Origin: Trypethelium eluteriae
Lineage: Eukaryota
NCBI GenBank assembly: GCA_051942245.1
Contig: JAVECL010000114.1
Span: forward strand, 1-50,775
Length of the DNA: 50,775 nt
Direction of reading: 5' to 3'
The stretch's first letter is position 1, and each line of letters starts with the position of its first letter. The notes beneath the pieces are model-generated. The model saw nothing but the letters and a program-made list of their open reading frames with translations. It did no database searches and was not told where the DNA came from. This document shows, in pieces, positions 26,009-38,968 of this stretch. A program made the translations under genes and the position numbers.

Positions 26009-27231
26009 ATGGCACTTGGATTGTTCTGGGCCACGGTCGCTCTCTGCATCTTCCTTTCTATCCTAGCTCTCGATATGTTTGGCTTCCTCTCGAGAAAGAA
26101 CCATTTTCCCGTAGATGGCAGGGTATTACTTCCTTGCCATGCTCACTGAAGCTGGCTAATCTCCGCTAGACAATACTCATCACGGGTGCATCTCAGGGGA
26201 TGTTCGTAGCTCTTAAGCTTTCCTTCTGTACATAGCTGATGTGAGATGCAGGGGAAAAGAGGTCGCAAGAATCTTGGCTCAAAAAGGAGCTAATGTTGTC
26301 GTTGTTGCTCGAGACGTCAAAAAGCTGGAGAGCGCTATAAACTACATTTCAGTACGCGAGTGACCAGGAATGGACCTGTTCTTTGTTGGCGTTAACAACT
26401 CTTCAGTCTGCCGCAGCAAATCCCGAGAAGCAAAGGTTCCATTCAATCAGTGCAGATGTCACGAAAGCGGAGGAAAACACACGCATTATAGAGGAAGTCA
26501 CAGCATGGAACCATGGAGCTCCCCCCGATATTGTCTGGGCCATTGCCGGGGCGTCCATTCCCGGCCTTTTCATCGATACATCACTTGAGACTCTTCACTC
26601 TCAGATGGACATCAACTACTGGTCAGCCGCATACCTCTCACAAGCGGTGCTTAAGCTGTGGCTTCGTCCTGAACCTAAGCCAGCATCGCATCCCACTCCG
26701 GCACCTCCTCGTCGTCTTATCATGACTTCTTCCGTAATAGCATTCGTTGGATTGGCGGGATATGCCCCCTATGGTCCGTGCAAGGCAGCGATGCGTTCCT
26801 TGGCCGATGCACTTCGTTCAGAACTACATCTTTACCGCGGAGCACAAAAGCATAATCCATCGCTTGCGCCTCCGGTGGATGTCAAGGTCCATTGTGTCTG
26901 TCCGGGCACGATTCTGAGTCCAGGGCTGGACGAGGAAAACAAACACAAGCATCCCGTGACGAAACTGCTGGAAAAGAGCGATCCCAAGCAAACGGCCGAG
27001 GAAGTTGCAGAAGCATCAATCAAGGCGCTTGAGGGAGGACATTTCCTTATCGTCACTCAATGGCTAGCCGCTCTGATGAGAGCTGCATCGCTTCAAGGCA
27101 GCGAAAGAAACAGTTGGTTGACTGATACGTTGCTCAGCTTCGTAGCTTCTGTGGTGTGGCTTTTCGTTGGGCCTGACTTAGATAAGCAGGTTCTGAAATA
27201 CGGTCAAGAGCATGGAGTGTCTGTTTCGTAG
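26009..27231 (+). CDS. TSC10: 3-ketodihydrosphingosine reductase (SDR family)
   Basis: N-terminal hydrophobic anchor and NHFPVDGR; TGASQGMG Rossmann motif split over introns; YGPCK (YxxxK); PGTILSPG; C-terminal hydrophobic segment. Confidence 0.88.
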
Positions 27232-28828
27232 ACGGCAAACGGTGCATTGCTATCAGATATATTCTGCGCTTCTAAAAGAGACCAACCTAGAACGCTTAGG
27301 CAGACGGCGTCAAGCACAGGGATGACGATTACTGCTGTGGTAGATAATAGGTATACTTGCTTCACGAAGGTTATAGGAGTCGAGGAGCAAGAGGAATGGA
27401 GGCAGTGGACGTGCACTCTGTTTCGATCTTGCTGATTCAAACTTGCGATAATACCATAATACCCTCTTGTATCGATATTTTGTATATTTTTTAATCCAAC
27501 AAAAAATTTCTTTACTGGGCAAAGCAGACGATGCTACCAGCACCATCGTACAGGATAAACCCCCGATTGCACGACCTGGTCATCGTTACAGGAGATGATG
27601 CGATTCTGTATCAGAGGCTATTTTGTCTCGTCTGAGCCTTGCAATCTTTCTGAGGTTCCTTGGGGTGAGAATTACCGTCTCGTGTCACGAGTCAATGACG
27701 CCGGCGATGTCCATACCCAGGGTGCCCAGCGTCTGGGGTTAAGGACAAATTTAGAAATTTTTTGTGACCCTCCGGCTGGGATCACATCACCACATGACTA
27801 CCAAGACCTCGAAATACCTGACGAGTGCTGTAATAATAAGAGCTTTACGCCCGAAAAAGGATCTTCCATCAATGCATACACGGCACTGGAGCCTTCACTG
27901 GAGGGCAGCCGGCCAGTAGAAAAAGAGCACGAGCGAGCATAAGTCCTCCAAGGTTTACGGAGTACCGAGAGCCCCTAGTCTGGTGTGGCAAAGCTCAATG
28001 GAAGGATCTGGGAATGTCAGCCGATTTCGATCGGGCTCGATGATTAGCTGTGACGTTTCTTTAGTTTCATTTCCGGGAGGGTGTGAGCGACTGGGGATGG
28101 CCTCCGAGCGTCGAAAATATTGGATGAAAAGAAACGTTCAAGGACCCTAGTTAATTTCCCACGGTGCAGTGTTCTCAAGCCGGAGAATTACTAGGCGTGC
28201 AAATCATAATCTTACACCGCTTGACGGATAGACGCGTTTTTCCATGCCCTACTTAGAAACCTTCTTCTCTCCAGCCGGAGTGTGAGAGCGAGTGCGCACA
28301 ACTCCATGCGCCCATGTTGTGAAGCGTTGCCGGGCGTTGCTATGCGTTGCTATGCGTTTCTTGACAACGGGTAATCTGCGACAGCTGAAGGTCAAGGCAA
28401 CGCAAAGGGGTTGCGCGTACCCTGGTCCAGAAGCGGTATGCCCTACCGAGTTGCGTTTAGCGCAATGGAAAAATCGATGTTGGGGGAACGGCAAGCGTAA
28501 TAAGCGTGTTTTTCGCGATGGGAGTAGGCCAGAGTCGGATAAGCGGGAGGCGGATGTGGCTGATGTCAGGCCTAGCCCCTGTCTCCTTTGGATGGTCCGA
28601 GTTGCTTGGTCGACAAATTACGCTCCCCCTTTCCGCCCTCTATTTATCGCATACGCGTCCCCTCCCCTTGGAAGTTCTTTCCTCCTCCCATCACGTTCTC
28701 TGTCTACAAGCTTCTGTACATCCATACAGTACTTACACTTCTATCTACTTTCTAATATTCATTACACTCTCCCTCAAATCCAATTATTCATCTACCGGTC
28801 CCTACTACAAACAAACCCTACTATCAAA

Positions 28829-29458
28829 ATGCGCGCTTCCATCTTCTTCGCTCTCCCACTCCTTGCGGCTGCTCAAAGCGTGAGTTGAACCCCTATAGTG
28901 AGATCTTCCTACCGCTGGCGCCCTACTAACAAGCGCAATCAGTCCTCCAGCTCTAGCTCCTATGTCTACTCCAACCCGGAAACTCTGTACACCAGTTTGA
29001 CCGACTCCCGCGGTGTCGTCACGGGCCAGCCCACTCCTGTAACCTCCCAGCCAAGCATGCCCGCTGGCGTCACCTCACTCCCTACTGAACCTGCCGGCGT
29101 TACTTCTCAGCCTGCTGGTGTTACGAGCCAACCTTCTGCTGCCTCCATCCCCGCTGGCCTCGGAAGTGGTGCCCACACCATTGCTTACGGAAACACTACC
29201 AGCTTCGTCGCTAGCGTCAGCGGCAACTCGACTACCGTTCTAAGCAACACCAGCTCCTCAACAGCTTCTTCTGCGGGCTCGACTGGTTCTAGCGGCTCCA
29301 GCGGCTCCAGCGGCTCATCTACCATCAACGGCGCCCCTAGTGGCAGCGCTGGTGCTTCTGGTAGCTCGAGCTCCAGTCCAAGCAGTGCTGCTGATGCTGT
29401 CAAGATTGCATCTGGCGCCCTTTTCGGTGCCGGTGCCGTCTTCGCTGCTTTCCTGTAA
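28829..29458 (+). CDS. Ser/Thr-rich GPI-anchored cell-surface protein
   Basis: Signal peptide MRASIFFALPLLAAAQS; intron 28880-28942; PAGVTS repeats; Ser/Gly linker; hydrophobic C-terminal GPI-type signal (ASGALFGAGAVFAAFL*). Confidence 0.85.
29025..29133 (+). repeat. Coding tandem repeat (P/T-A/P-G-V-T-S-Q/L units)
   Basis: QPTPVTSQP, PAGVTSLP, PAGVTSQ, PAGVTSQP in the translation. Confidence 0.7.
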
Positions 29459-30054
29459 ATGAATGTTGCGAGCCAAAATTTCAATTCATCTAACAGCATT
29501 TGGGAGGTTCCAGGGTGGGAGTAATTCGATTTTGAGAGAACCCAAAAAATATGCTTGATCCACGGCGTTGTCAATGTCACGGGCATGGACTTTGAACGAC
29601 GATAATATACCAAGATCACCACGGCCGGGATGGAGTGTTGCACACTTAAGTGTGTCGCGTCGCGCGTTTCTCGATACTCCCAAGCTCGCGGACCGCTTGA
29701 GCATTGCATTGGCTTCGGATTCTACGATCTAACAATACCTACCTTCATTGACTTGTAAAAACTAGTTACAGGTAGCATTATATAATAATAGCCAACAATA
29801 CCTTCTGTGATTTCTCTACTCTCAAGCTTATGTGAAACAATACGTCTTCGTAGGTTCACAGGAAGTATTGCTGCTAGATTCAGCTGACCCCCCCCCCATC
29901 CTTTCAATCCACATGCGTGTAACCCTTCAGCCCATTAAACATACGCCATATCGTTCAATGTGAATCAACATGCAAAACCATATGACCCCATATGCAGCTT
30001 TTGAAGGACATTCAGCGCCAACAATGTGATCCCGCACAGCTCTTTAGGAGGAAT

Positions 30055-33000
30055 TCAATACTCGTAGTCATCGTCGACACTCGGTCCCTTCGTCTTCGTC
30101 ACACTCTGTTGCTCCCGATACATCTCCGCGATCTGCCTACTCATCGTCGCCTGCTCCGGCTTCTTATCATCTCTCCCCCGAATATACCGCGGAAACCTCA
30201 AGCTCACCCCCTTCCCCCCATTCCCGACGATCTGATCATTCGCCGCCACATACCGCGGACTCAGCGTCAGATCCGCCGCCTTGACCTCCCACACCAGCTT
30301 CGGCTCAAACCACACATCCGGCTGATCCTTGTTCCCCTGCGAGTGCGCATAGAACGGCTTCGGCCGCTCAATGGCCAGGGGCTCGAGCTCCGCATGCAGC
30401 GCCTCGAGCAGCGCCTCCGAGAAGCCCGTGCCGATATTGCACACGCTCTCGTACGTCTGCGCCGTCGCGTTCCAGCACGCGAGCAGGAACGCGCCGTACC
30501 AGGAGGTGCGCTTGCCCTTGCCGAAGTAGGCGCCCAGCACGACGAGGTCGAGCGAGTCGCCCACGCCGGAGAGGTAGTCCTTTTTGACCTTCAGCCAGTT
30601 CTGCGAGCGCCGCGACGGCTCGTAGTGCGATTCGGCCCCGTCCAGCATCTTGACCATGAGGCCTTCGCACGAGGCTTTGACGCTGGCGTCGAGCAGGGTT
30701 TCGATCTCCTCGAATTGGTTGATGTTGCCGTACTTGGCGAAGGCGAATTCGCCCTCGACTTCGGTGAAGGCGGTGTGCAGCTTTTCGCGACGGGTGCGGA
30801 AGGGCTGGTTGACGAGGGCCTCGCCGTTGAGGAAGAGCAGGTCGAAGGCGAAGACGCAGACCTTGACGGTGACTTCTTCGATCTTGACGTCTTTGCGCTT
30901 GCGCGTCATGAGCTGCTGGAAAGGGAGCACTTTCTTTTCCTTGACGTCCCAGGCGACGGTTTCGCAGTCGAGCACGAAGCTCTTTGTGTCTTCGTTCACC
31001 CATGTTGGGAGTTTGGCCAGGATGTCGGGATATTTCTTGGAGAGGTCTTCCGAATTGCGGGAGAAGATATTGGAGATTCCTTTTGCATTCTTACCTGCTG
31101 CCGGCACTGCTGTCTTATACTGTTGAGGAGCATCGTGTGCGACAAAGTGAATTTGCGCACGCTCACCATCGTACTTGTATTCGCAGGAGTAATCTTTGCC
31201 TTCAAAACGATCCAGGACTTCAGTGATGGACTTGGTAGGTTTTGCCAGCATAGGTTTCAACGGCACACCGGGCTGAAGTTTGCAGGCTTCATGAAGATTG
31301 AAGATACCATGCTCAATAATTGCCGGGATAATGACTTCGTAGCTCGGAAGCTCGCTATTGCTCAATGTTAGTCTATCCTTAGTTCATACACAAATGCAAC
31401 TCACCTATAGACAGATTTCAGAGTTGTTTCACTCTTTGCTATCTGATCTGTCGTTGGCATTTTATCCCCTTGCTGTAAAGTCTCGTGAACGATTGAAGCC
31501 TGTGCCAATGCCACCAGAATAGTCTTATCAGCCAGACCGAGACGCATCTTTCCTTCCAAAGTTCTCACGATGAACTTGGATTCACTCGGGCCGCCCTTAT
31601 CCTTGGTGATATCAATACCCTTTAAGCCTTTACCAGCTATTTCTCGATCCGCTGCTGACAGTAACTTTTTGATGCCAGCGATCTTCCTCCCTTGCGAACC
31701 TTGGCCTTCTATGGTAGCTATAGCCATAAGACCTTCATGCACGCCCCTCACAGTCAAGGGTTTCGGTTTGGTCATTGTTGGCTGATTTGATCGACTTTTT
31801 GCTGCAACTAGTCCGAGATCTCCAATCGCCTTCTGGTCGTTCTTGATGATGTTCAAACTTCTCCCTGTGCTCTCGCCAATGGCCTTCATGATGAGCGACT
31901 CTCCAATACCGAGCTCAATGCCTGCGTAATCTGCAGCAAGTTTGCCGGTCATGAGGTGAACCGTAGGAAGGAGGTCTTGAGGTGTCAACCTAAATACTTG
32001 TCGTAGAAAGAGCGAGCAATGCGCCGCAATCTCCAACCGCTTTGTAGTAAGCTCGATTTTCGAGAAGGTAGTGCACAGTGCTGCATACGGCACCGGTTCG
32101 CCAGGTTCCCAATCTGGGTACGGATCCTTTGTCGATGTCTTGAGTGTTGACTGAACTTTCTCGCGCGATTTTGCAGCCTGCTCGGGCTTTTCCTCGTCAG
32201 TCTCTTGGTCATCATCCTGGTCTGACTCTGCCTCTTCGTCCATAGATGAGCTCTCGTCCTTAATGGCCTTTTCGCGTTGAGCGTGCGGTAGCTCAGCTTT
32301 GTTGTTGTCCTCGGACTCTGGTTCCTCCTTGATTTTATTGCCTGCCTTTTTATTAGGCTCAGGCTTCCCCTTGATAGTGGAGCGAGCCGCATCATTGGTT
32401 TCAAGAATCGGCTTCTTGTCCTTTACCATAGCGGAAAAGGCGCTTTCCTTCGTCGAGGACTTGTCTTGCACGGGTTTAGTTTTTGTTGAAATTGAGTCTT
32501 CTGCTTTGATATCCTCAACAGACTTGACCTTGGTTTCGGAGGGTTGAGATTTTCGTCTCTGCTTCTTGCTAGGAGGCTCTTCCTCCAAATCGCTATTTTG
32601 CTCCTCCTCTATATCCTCTGAAGCCCTCTTACGAGATCTCTGCAATTCTGGGGTTCCCGCTTCCTTTTCGGTTCTTGAGGTATCATTCTCTTTTGAGGCT
32701 TCGTCATCACCATTGGTCATTTGCGCATCCTCATCCTCCTCGTTTTCTGCCTTAATACCGTTTTTCTTCACCCCAGCCTTCGCTTCTTGGTCTTTTGTCT
32801 CCAAATCTTCATCTTCTGCCGGGGGGTGTGACTTTGAAGAGAAAGCTAGTTTGCTCTGCTGGGGTTTCGCAGGCTTAGTTCCGTTGGGAATCCCAAAGAA
32901 TTTCCTATGGAAAGTCAAGCGTTAAATACATTCATGCATGAGAAGAATTAGAGATATCCGAATAGAGCGCACCCGAGCGTTTGCTGAGTTTTCACATACC

Positions 33001-33172
33001 CCAAAGTTGCTTGTTTGGGCGCCATGGTAGTCCTTGATGTGTGAACACTTGACCGACCCTGATCAATATTGCTGATACAGGCAAGAGCAAACGTGGGAGG
33101 CTTTGTATGGATTTGCCTTGACTGTAATGGCTTCACAAGTCGATATACAGGGACTCGCGGGCATTTGAGCAT
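30055..33172 (-). CDS. CDC9: DNA ligase I, with a possible upstream mitochondrial start (33172) and a nuclear start (33025)
   Basis: Introns 32972-32905 and about 31404-31357. Motifs CEYKYDGERAQ (adenylated Lys), EGLMVK, WLKVKKDY and SLRFPR. A PIP-box-like QQTLGKFF forms across intron 1. Confidence 0.96.
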
Positions 33173-33264
33173 AACCCGACTTGACAGGAACGAATGCGAG
33201 GGTTGGGTAACGCACTGCCTGCTAGGATTATGGTCGTAGTGGTTGAGGCGCGCATCGCGCCTGC

Positions 33265-33340
33265 ACGCGGTGACGCGAACATCACTTGATAGAATGGTGC
33301 AAAGTGGTCCATGCTTTCTCTGACCGAGACGCGGTCGCGT
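33265..33340. promoter_or_regulatory. MCB-like CGCG elements in the CDC9/MIX23 divergent promoter
   Basis: ACGCGG (33265), ACGCGA (33273-33278), ACGCGG (33329) and TCGCGT (33335-33340). Yeast CDC9 is an MBF target. Confidence 0.45.
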
Positions 33341-33576
33341 ATTGGGGGACCGACATGACGTATCGAGGGGAGACCCTTCACCTATCCGGTCTGTCAAATT
33401 CATCACGACTTTTCTTCGCAAGGCTTTAGACTTTTGTTCAATGTCCAAATGATTTCTGTACTGAGCCTGGGGCTCTAACGATCAATCTGGCGGGCTTATT
33501 CTGGTCATCAAGTTCGAATACGTCGATCAGTGCATGGTTTTGGGGAAGAGAGCGAATCGATGATCAAGACGGTGAC

Positions 33577-34230
33577 ATGTCAAGACCATCATCAGAGCCG
33601 AATCTGACGCCGCAATTCTGTTTCAACCAGACGGCTCTCAGAGGTATTCAAAGATGCCTTAAAGACTCAACATCACGCAAAAATAAAAAGCTCACTATTG
33701 TAGATTTTCTCCGGCTATCGCGAGCAACGATTGATGATTCGATATCTCAGAATTTAAATGCCCTCCTAACGCCAGCTCGTGATCCCTTCGATCCGACAAA
33801 AGTCTCCTCTCAGCCTAGAAATCCTCCCTCCTCACGGCGGCGGATACCAGCGTCGCGATGTCAAACGTTTGCTAACCAGGTCCTGTTTCCTTCATGGCAG
33901 GTCCGCTCAGACGTCCTGGCATATTGCGCCTCTGTTGCCACTTCACCGGATCCGGATGACCCGGACGTTTTATTAAGAGAAGTCGAGAATGCAAAGGCGA
34001 GGGAGCGCGAAGTAGATGAGAGATTAGACCCCTACAGCGCGAGATGGTCTCCAAGAGAAGCGCGGACGGAAATGCTCGCTGGACTTATAAGAAACGAGCG
34101 AATGGTTGAAGGAATTATAAGGTCTAGGAGTTGGGAAGTGGTCAAGGAAAGATGTGAGGATGATGGGAAATTGGGAGGGTTGGGAGCTGAAGAGGCTTTG
34201 GAAAAATGGAGGACCCAGTCCAAGACTTGA
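33577..34230 (+). CDS. MIX23: Mitochondrial intermembrane space protein Mix23 (caffeine-induced death protein 2 family)
   Basis: LTPQFCFNQTALR|DFLRLSRATIDDSISQNLNAL after removing the in-frame intron 33643-33702; also ERLDPYSAR and RSWEVVKERC. Confidence 0.88.
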   Translation: MSRPSSEPNLTPQFCFNQTALRGIQRCLKDSTSRKNKKLTIVDFLRLSRATIDDSISQNLNALLTPARDPFDPTKVSSQPRNPPSSRRRIPASRCQTFANQVLFPSWQVRSDVLAYCASVATSPDPDDPDVLLREVENAKAREREVDERLDPYSARWSPREARTEMLAGLIRNERMVEGIIRSRSWEVVKERCEDDGKLGGLGAEEALEKWRTQSKT

Positions 34231-35169
34231 TCAGATGACATTGGACAACGAAATTCTGCATATCAAAGGCCCTCTGCGGCGCTTGAATTATCATGTATTA
34301 TTAAACAATGTTTTGAACGTGGCGAATTCCGGCTTAGTTCGGGGTCCCATTCGTATGAGACTCTTAATTGACCACGTCTTGATTTAAGCATATTGCACCA
34401 AAAATCTCTGAAAAGTTGCAGAGGTGTCGAAGATAACAAAACCATTAATAGCCGCAGGTATTTTTGAATCTCATGTATGAAAGAAGCACGGATAAAGCCC
34501 CGCCTTGAGGCTCTCATTTAGCAGTGAGTGTAGGGACCGCTCTTACTCTCACCCAACACAGCCACCCATCTATTAAAGAATCATCTCACAGACGTATGTA
34601 CAGTTACGAGAAAATCGAAATTATAGATTACGTTCTTACTTCTCAAGCTTGACAGCCTTGAGGAGGTTTAAGAAATACAGCACTAATCTAGCAGATCTTC
34701 CATCTCTGGTGTCGTAATCTCATGCCACTGTTTCGATGTGCGCATTGTCACAAAGCTAAGACTTGGTTACATTCAGGGCCCCAAGACTTGTTTGATCGCG
34801 AAAGAGTCTACAGGTATTTTCAAAAGATGAATCCAAATAATATTAAGCGTAAAAAGACTGGTCACAACATGGTTTGAGGGACGGGCGCATTACCGTTTTG
34901 TTTGGCCACGTAGAAACATTAACAGGGTGTGTTGGCCGATCAAGATGACAACAACATCATCAAAATGGACACATTACATAGGTGGCTAAGCAAGGCACCC
35001 TCCACTTGATGGTCTTTGAATTTTGGAAATGTTCTCTCTACATCCTATGCACGTACACGCTCTTTCAATGTCTCTACAGTCAAGCAGCTGGCCTGCGCGA
35101 CTTTTTCCTGAGCAAATTCATTTCGTATGAGAGTGTTGAACGCTCGCTGTTTTAATATCTGCTTTCCTC

Positions 35170-35993
35170 ATGGCAATGGCTGGCTTCCATGACAAGGGTC
35201 TTCAAGAGGTGGGAGTCAGGGAAAGCAGAGCTTATCGCTCTCTCCCACTCATCGAGACCGCGGCGCTTTTTGGTGCTATCGCATCCCTAGTAATTAATGT
35301 CGAGTACGCTGAACAACTATCCAAAGCACCTCCAGATGGAGACAAGATGTACGATGTGGGCCATATGAGAACTTTCAGTAATGTGTGAGTACATCGGGAT
35401 GTTTTCATTTGTTCACTTTGAGGAATATCAACTGAACAAGATCAATATAGGTGGGCTGTCTTCTACTGCGGTACAGCTCCTGTCGTGTCCATCATTCTGG
35501 CTCTCATCGACGTCCCTCTATACATCCGCAAATCTGCTTCTCCGGTGTACGCGCTTGTGGTTTCGACAATATTGGCTGCTGGATGGATACCATGTGCAGT
35601 AATGTGGGTTACTTGTGACTACTCGCCCACACTGTTCAACAGCTATGACAGTAAGTTAAACGCCAAACACGGCTACCCAGCATCCAGCGTAGGACTTGCT
35701 GGAAAGCAACTGACAATCGGCATCAGGCTGCTTCCAATGGACCTTACAAACGGAGAATGGAGAAGTCAGGGGCGTGTCCGCTGCTATTACGGCAGCGATG
35801 GTTGGTCTTGGATTGTTGATGATACTCATGTCGGTTACTTCCAAGATTATCCTGCTAAATTTAGCTGACACTCCCAAGCTACCTCACATACGTCGGATTC
35901 GCGGCTGCTGCTGTCCATGTTTGGAGAACCTACAACGAGGAGTCGGTTCCAATGATCAGGAAGGTATCAGATTCGGATTCCGCCGTATTCTAA
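35170..35993 (+). CDS. Four-TM membrane protein (MARVEL-like)
   Basis: Four exons (introns about 35385-35450, 35652-35727 and 35830-35878) splice in frame to a protein with four hydrophobic segments ending YLTYVGFAAAAVHVWR...AVF*. Confidence 0.65.
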
Positions 35994-37807
35994 GCAGTCT
36001 TGTCATGTTCTAAGCCTTACGTAGATAACACTGCTCGATGCCACCTGAACGCCGAACAGCTCACTTGGTGGAACGACCTAGTCCACCAGCCCAATCCGCT
36101 CGGAGCGACCTTCATTGGAGTGCTTCTCTTCATGTATCTAGCATTAGTGGGCTTGAGGCAGACTCGGGGAATGCTTGTAGGCCACAAAAGACGAACCGCA
36201 CGTTGTTACGTAGCTGCCTTATCTAAATGTCGTTGACAACTGTTCCCTACCACGCCGCTTCTACCTTTCTATGAATGCGGCCGCCATTATTCCCCTCAAG
36301 CACATTCCTAATGGGGACAACCTCGAAATTTGGATGAGTAGTGCAGTGCCTAGCGCATTTTCAGCGCCAAAACGGCCCTTCAAGTGCTGAACAACTCTCA
36401 GAAATTGAGGCACAGAGGTGAAAATGGTCAGCTTTGCATGGGTATTGTCCTGTGCCCATTAGGTTCTTAGGCGTAAGAGGTTTGAGTTGTGGGGGCCACT
36501 CCTAATTGTGCGCCAAAGAGACTGAGCTAGAAATACTTGGGTCGATGTCAGCACTTTACAGTAGTTCGACCAGGGAAGAAGCGCACTATCCTTCACCTGA
36601 CGAGCCTCACACATGCCTGGGGCGTGGGCCAACTCAAATGAATAGGAGGCTCATCGGAGACTTAGCAGCTTGAACCCAACCGCCGATAGTAAGCGGAGAG
36701 GAGAGAATGAAACTGTCTCAAGTGAAATAGCTAATAAATGGTTACCTATGTTGATTTGACTTATATTTAGACCAAGAAATTTAGTACTGTGAGACTGCCT
36801 GATCCACTTTAGTAGGTCATGGCTTAAATGCAATGAAGCTGGAAATTTGATGACGGAGTTAAAGAGCTTCCTGTTCCGGACTCTGAATGGAATGTGTCTA
36901 GCCAAGGTGAGGAGCACGAAGGTACGAAGGGGAGGATCTCATGTAGACGTGCTGGGAGACCCTGGAATGAAATTTTGAGATGGCTGAAGGCTGAAGGCTG
37001 GGTTCTCCGGATTGAAACTGTGCCGTGAGCTCGCAGATTACACTGCAGAATTTGTGGGTCTGTGCTGCACGAACTCAGAACAAAACGGTACGAAGCGAAT
37101 CCTACGACTTTTACAGAATTAAGTGGCTGCTCAGAAGTTGATGGGTCGGGTTTTTAATCGGACGCAACAAAGTGCTCATTTTAGTGATGCAATGTTTCTC
37201 ATGAAACGTGTGAAACATTTGTTCAAGGGCATCCATGAATCTGGCCGGTGCTGGCCTCCGAAGCTTGGTCAGATAAGCTTTTTTTTAAAGTGGTCGTCCA
37301 AGCGTCTGTCCGCAGTCGTTCATTGGCCGGATGTTGTAGTTCCCGAGTAGAAGCCGGTGTTGAACACGCGCCTAACATAGACGTACTGCGCCTCGCTCCA
37401 AACACGTCGAGCCAATCGGAGTGGGCGGGAAACGGTTCGCCAGCATTGCGCAGAAGCTTTGGGGGCTTGATTGAATCGTGGGCGGCGGTTGCTGGTTGAA
37501 GCCCACCCGCTCTTGCATCTTCCCGAATCCTCGTTGTACAGCCGCAGGCATGGCACGCGGTACCCATTCAACGTGCGGCCCAGTGACAGCCGTAAACATT
37601 CATTTGCAGCATATGGATATGTCTCACTCCGAGAGTGAAGTATATAATTGTAGCTATTTCCCAAGGTTAGAATCTCTATCTCCACCACCATCATCATTAC
37701 TCCTCAACCCAAACAATCAAACATCCCGACAGCATCTGCATACCGCTGTGCTCCTTGTTATCTCTTATTTTCTTTTGGCCTCATCAGCTGCCTAATACAT
37801 AATCAAC

Positions 37808-38968
37808 ATGCATTCTTCGATCGCTTCCGCCGCTCTTATTGGGCTCTCCTACTTTTCTTCGCTGGTCGCTTCTGCTCCCCCTGCGCCTCGCCCAGACATC
37901 TTCAAGTTCCCCCTTGCCAACAACTTTCCCACGCCCAACCAGGCAGCAATCAAGGAAATCCAGGAGCAAGCCCATGGTACCCTTCCTATAGCACCAGCCA
38001 ATCCTCCACCTTCAACTCCTGTCAGCGATGAAGGTCTAAGCAATCTCCGGCTGATTGCCTTCAACGAGATCTTCGAAGTAGCCTACTTCACCCAATTACT
38101 CTACAATGTCACGCAGAACTATACAAATTACCAAGAGAAAGACTTCAATGGGCAATCAAGACAGTATATTGTCGACCAGCTCACCGCTACCATAGCCCAG
38201 GAAGAGCTCCATGCCCTCAACGCCAACAACGGCCTGCAAGCCAATAACAAAGACCTCATTGTTGGTTGCAATTACAACTTCCCTGTCGACACCTTCCAAG
38301 ATGCTATCGCGCTCGCAGCAACCTTCACCGATGTCGTCCTTGGAACCCTCCAAGATGTAAATCAGATCTTCGCAATCCACAACGACAGTGACCTCGTCCG
38401 CGGTGTCTCTTCTGTGATTGCGCAAGAGGGCGAGCAAGATGGCTGGTACCGCTTCCTGCAAACCGTAAACGGAAAGCCTGCGAATAAGATCCCGAACGCG
38501 TTACCCTTCCTTACCACCTCTGCTCGCAACTTCGCTTACACTGCCATCCTCGAATTTGTCGTCCCCAACACCTGCGACCAGAAGAACATCACTCTCCTCA
38601 ACAGCGAGTTCCAGGCCTTCATTCCCATGAAGGTCGAGACCAGCCCCATTCCGGCCACGAACCAGACTCTCGAGTTCAGCATCTCTCTCACGGCCCCAGG
38701 TGCCGAGCAATACCGACAAGCCAACGTTATCAACAACCTCAAGATGATCTACATCAACCAGCAAAACGCGCCCGTCAAGATCGACATCAATGATGATGCA
38801 CAAGTCGTTGATAACGACAAGGTCACCTTCTCCGCATATTTCCCATTCAAAGAATACGACATGAACGGTCTCACTATTGCCGCTGTTGCGCCTGACGGCA
38901 CCTACGACACTGCTGATGATGTCGCAAAGCACGCCCTGATTGCTCCTGGTCTCATCGAGATCAATTGA
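37808..38968 (+). CDS. Secreted ferritin-like domain protein (Rds1/late sexual development protein-like)
   Basis: Intronless, with a signal peptide, AFNEIFEVAYF, AQEELHA, ATFTDVVLGTLQD and QEGEQDGWYR. Strong C-ending codon bias; TATA-like TATATAA at about 37641. Confidence 0.82.
   Translation: MHSSIASAALIGLSYFSSLVASAPPAPRPDIFKFPLANNFPTPNQAAIKEIQEQAHGTLPIAPANPPPSTPVSDEGLSNLRLIAFNEIFEVAYFTQLLYNVTQNYTNYQEKDFNGQSRQYIVDQLTATIAQEELHALNANNGLQANNKDLIVGCNYNFPVDTFQDAIALAATFTDVVLGTLQDVNQIFAIHNDSDLVRGVSSVIAQEGEQDGWYRFLQTVNGKPANKIPNALPFLTTSARNFAYTAILEFVVPNTCDQKNITLLNSEFQAFIPMKVETSPIPATNQTLEFSISLTAPGAEQYRQANVINNLKMIYINQQNAPVKIDINDDAQVVDNDKVTFSAYFPFKEYDMNGLTIAAVAPDGTYDTADDVAKHALIAPGLIEIN

Noticed and set aside
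27595..28888. ORFs of 115 and 198 aa upstream of the GPI protein gene
   Set aside because: They run through promoter and 5' UTR-like sequence. The supported start is ATG 28829, which gives a signal peptide.
29992..31371. 459-aa plus-strand ORF
   Set aside because: Antisense shadow of the GC3-rich DNA ligase exon, with no recognisable domain.
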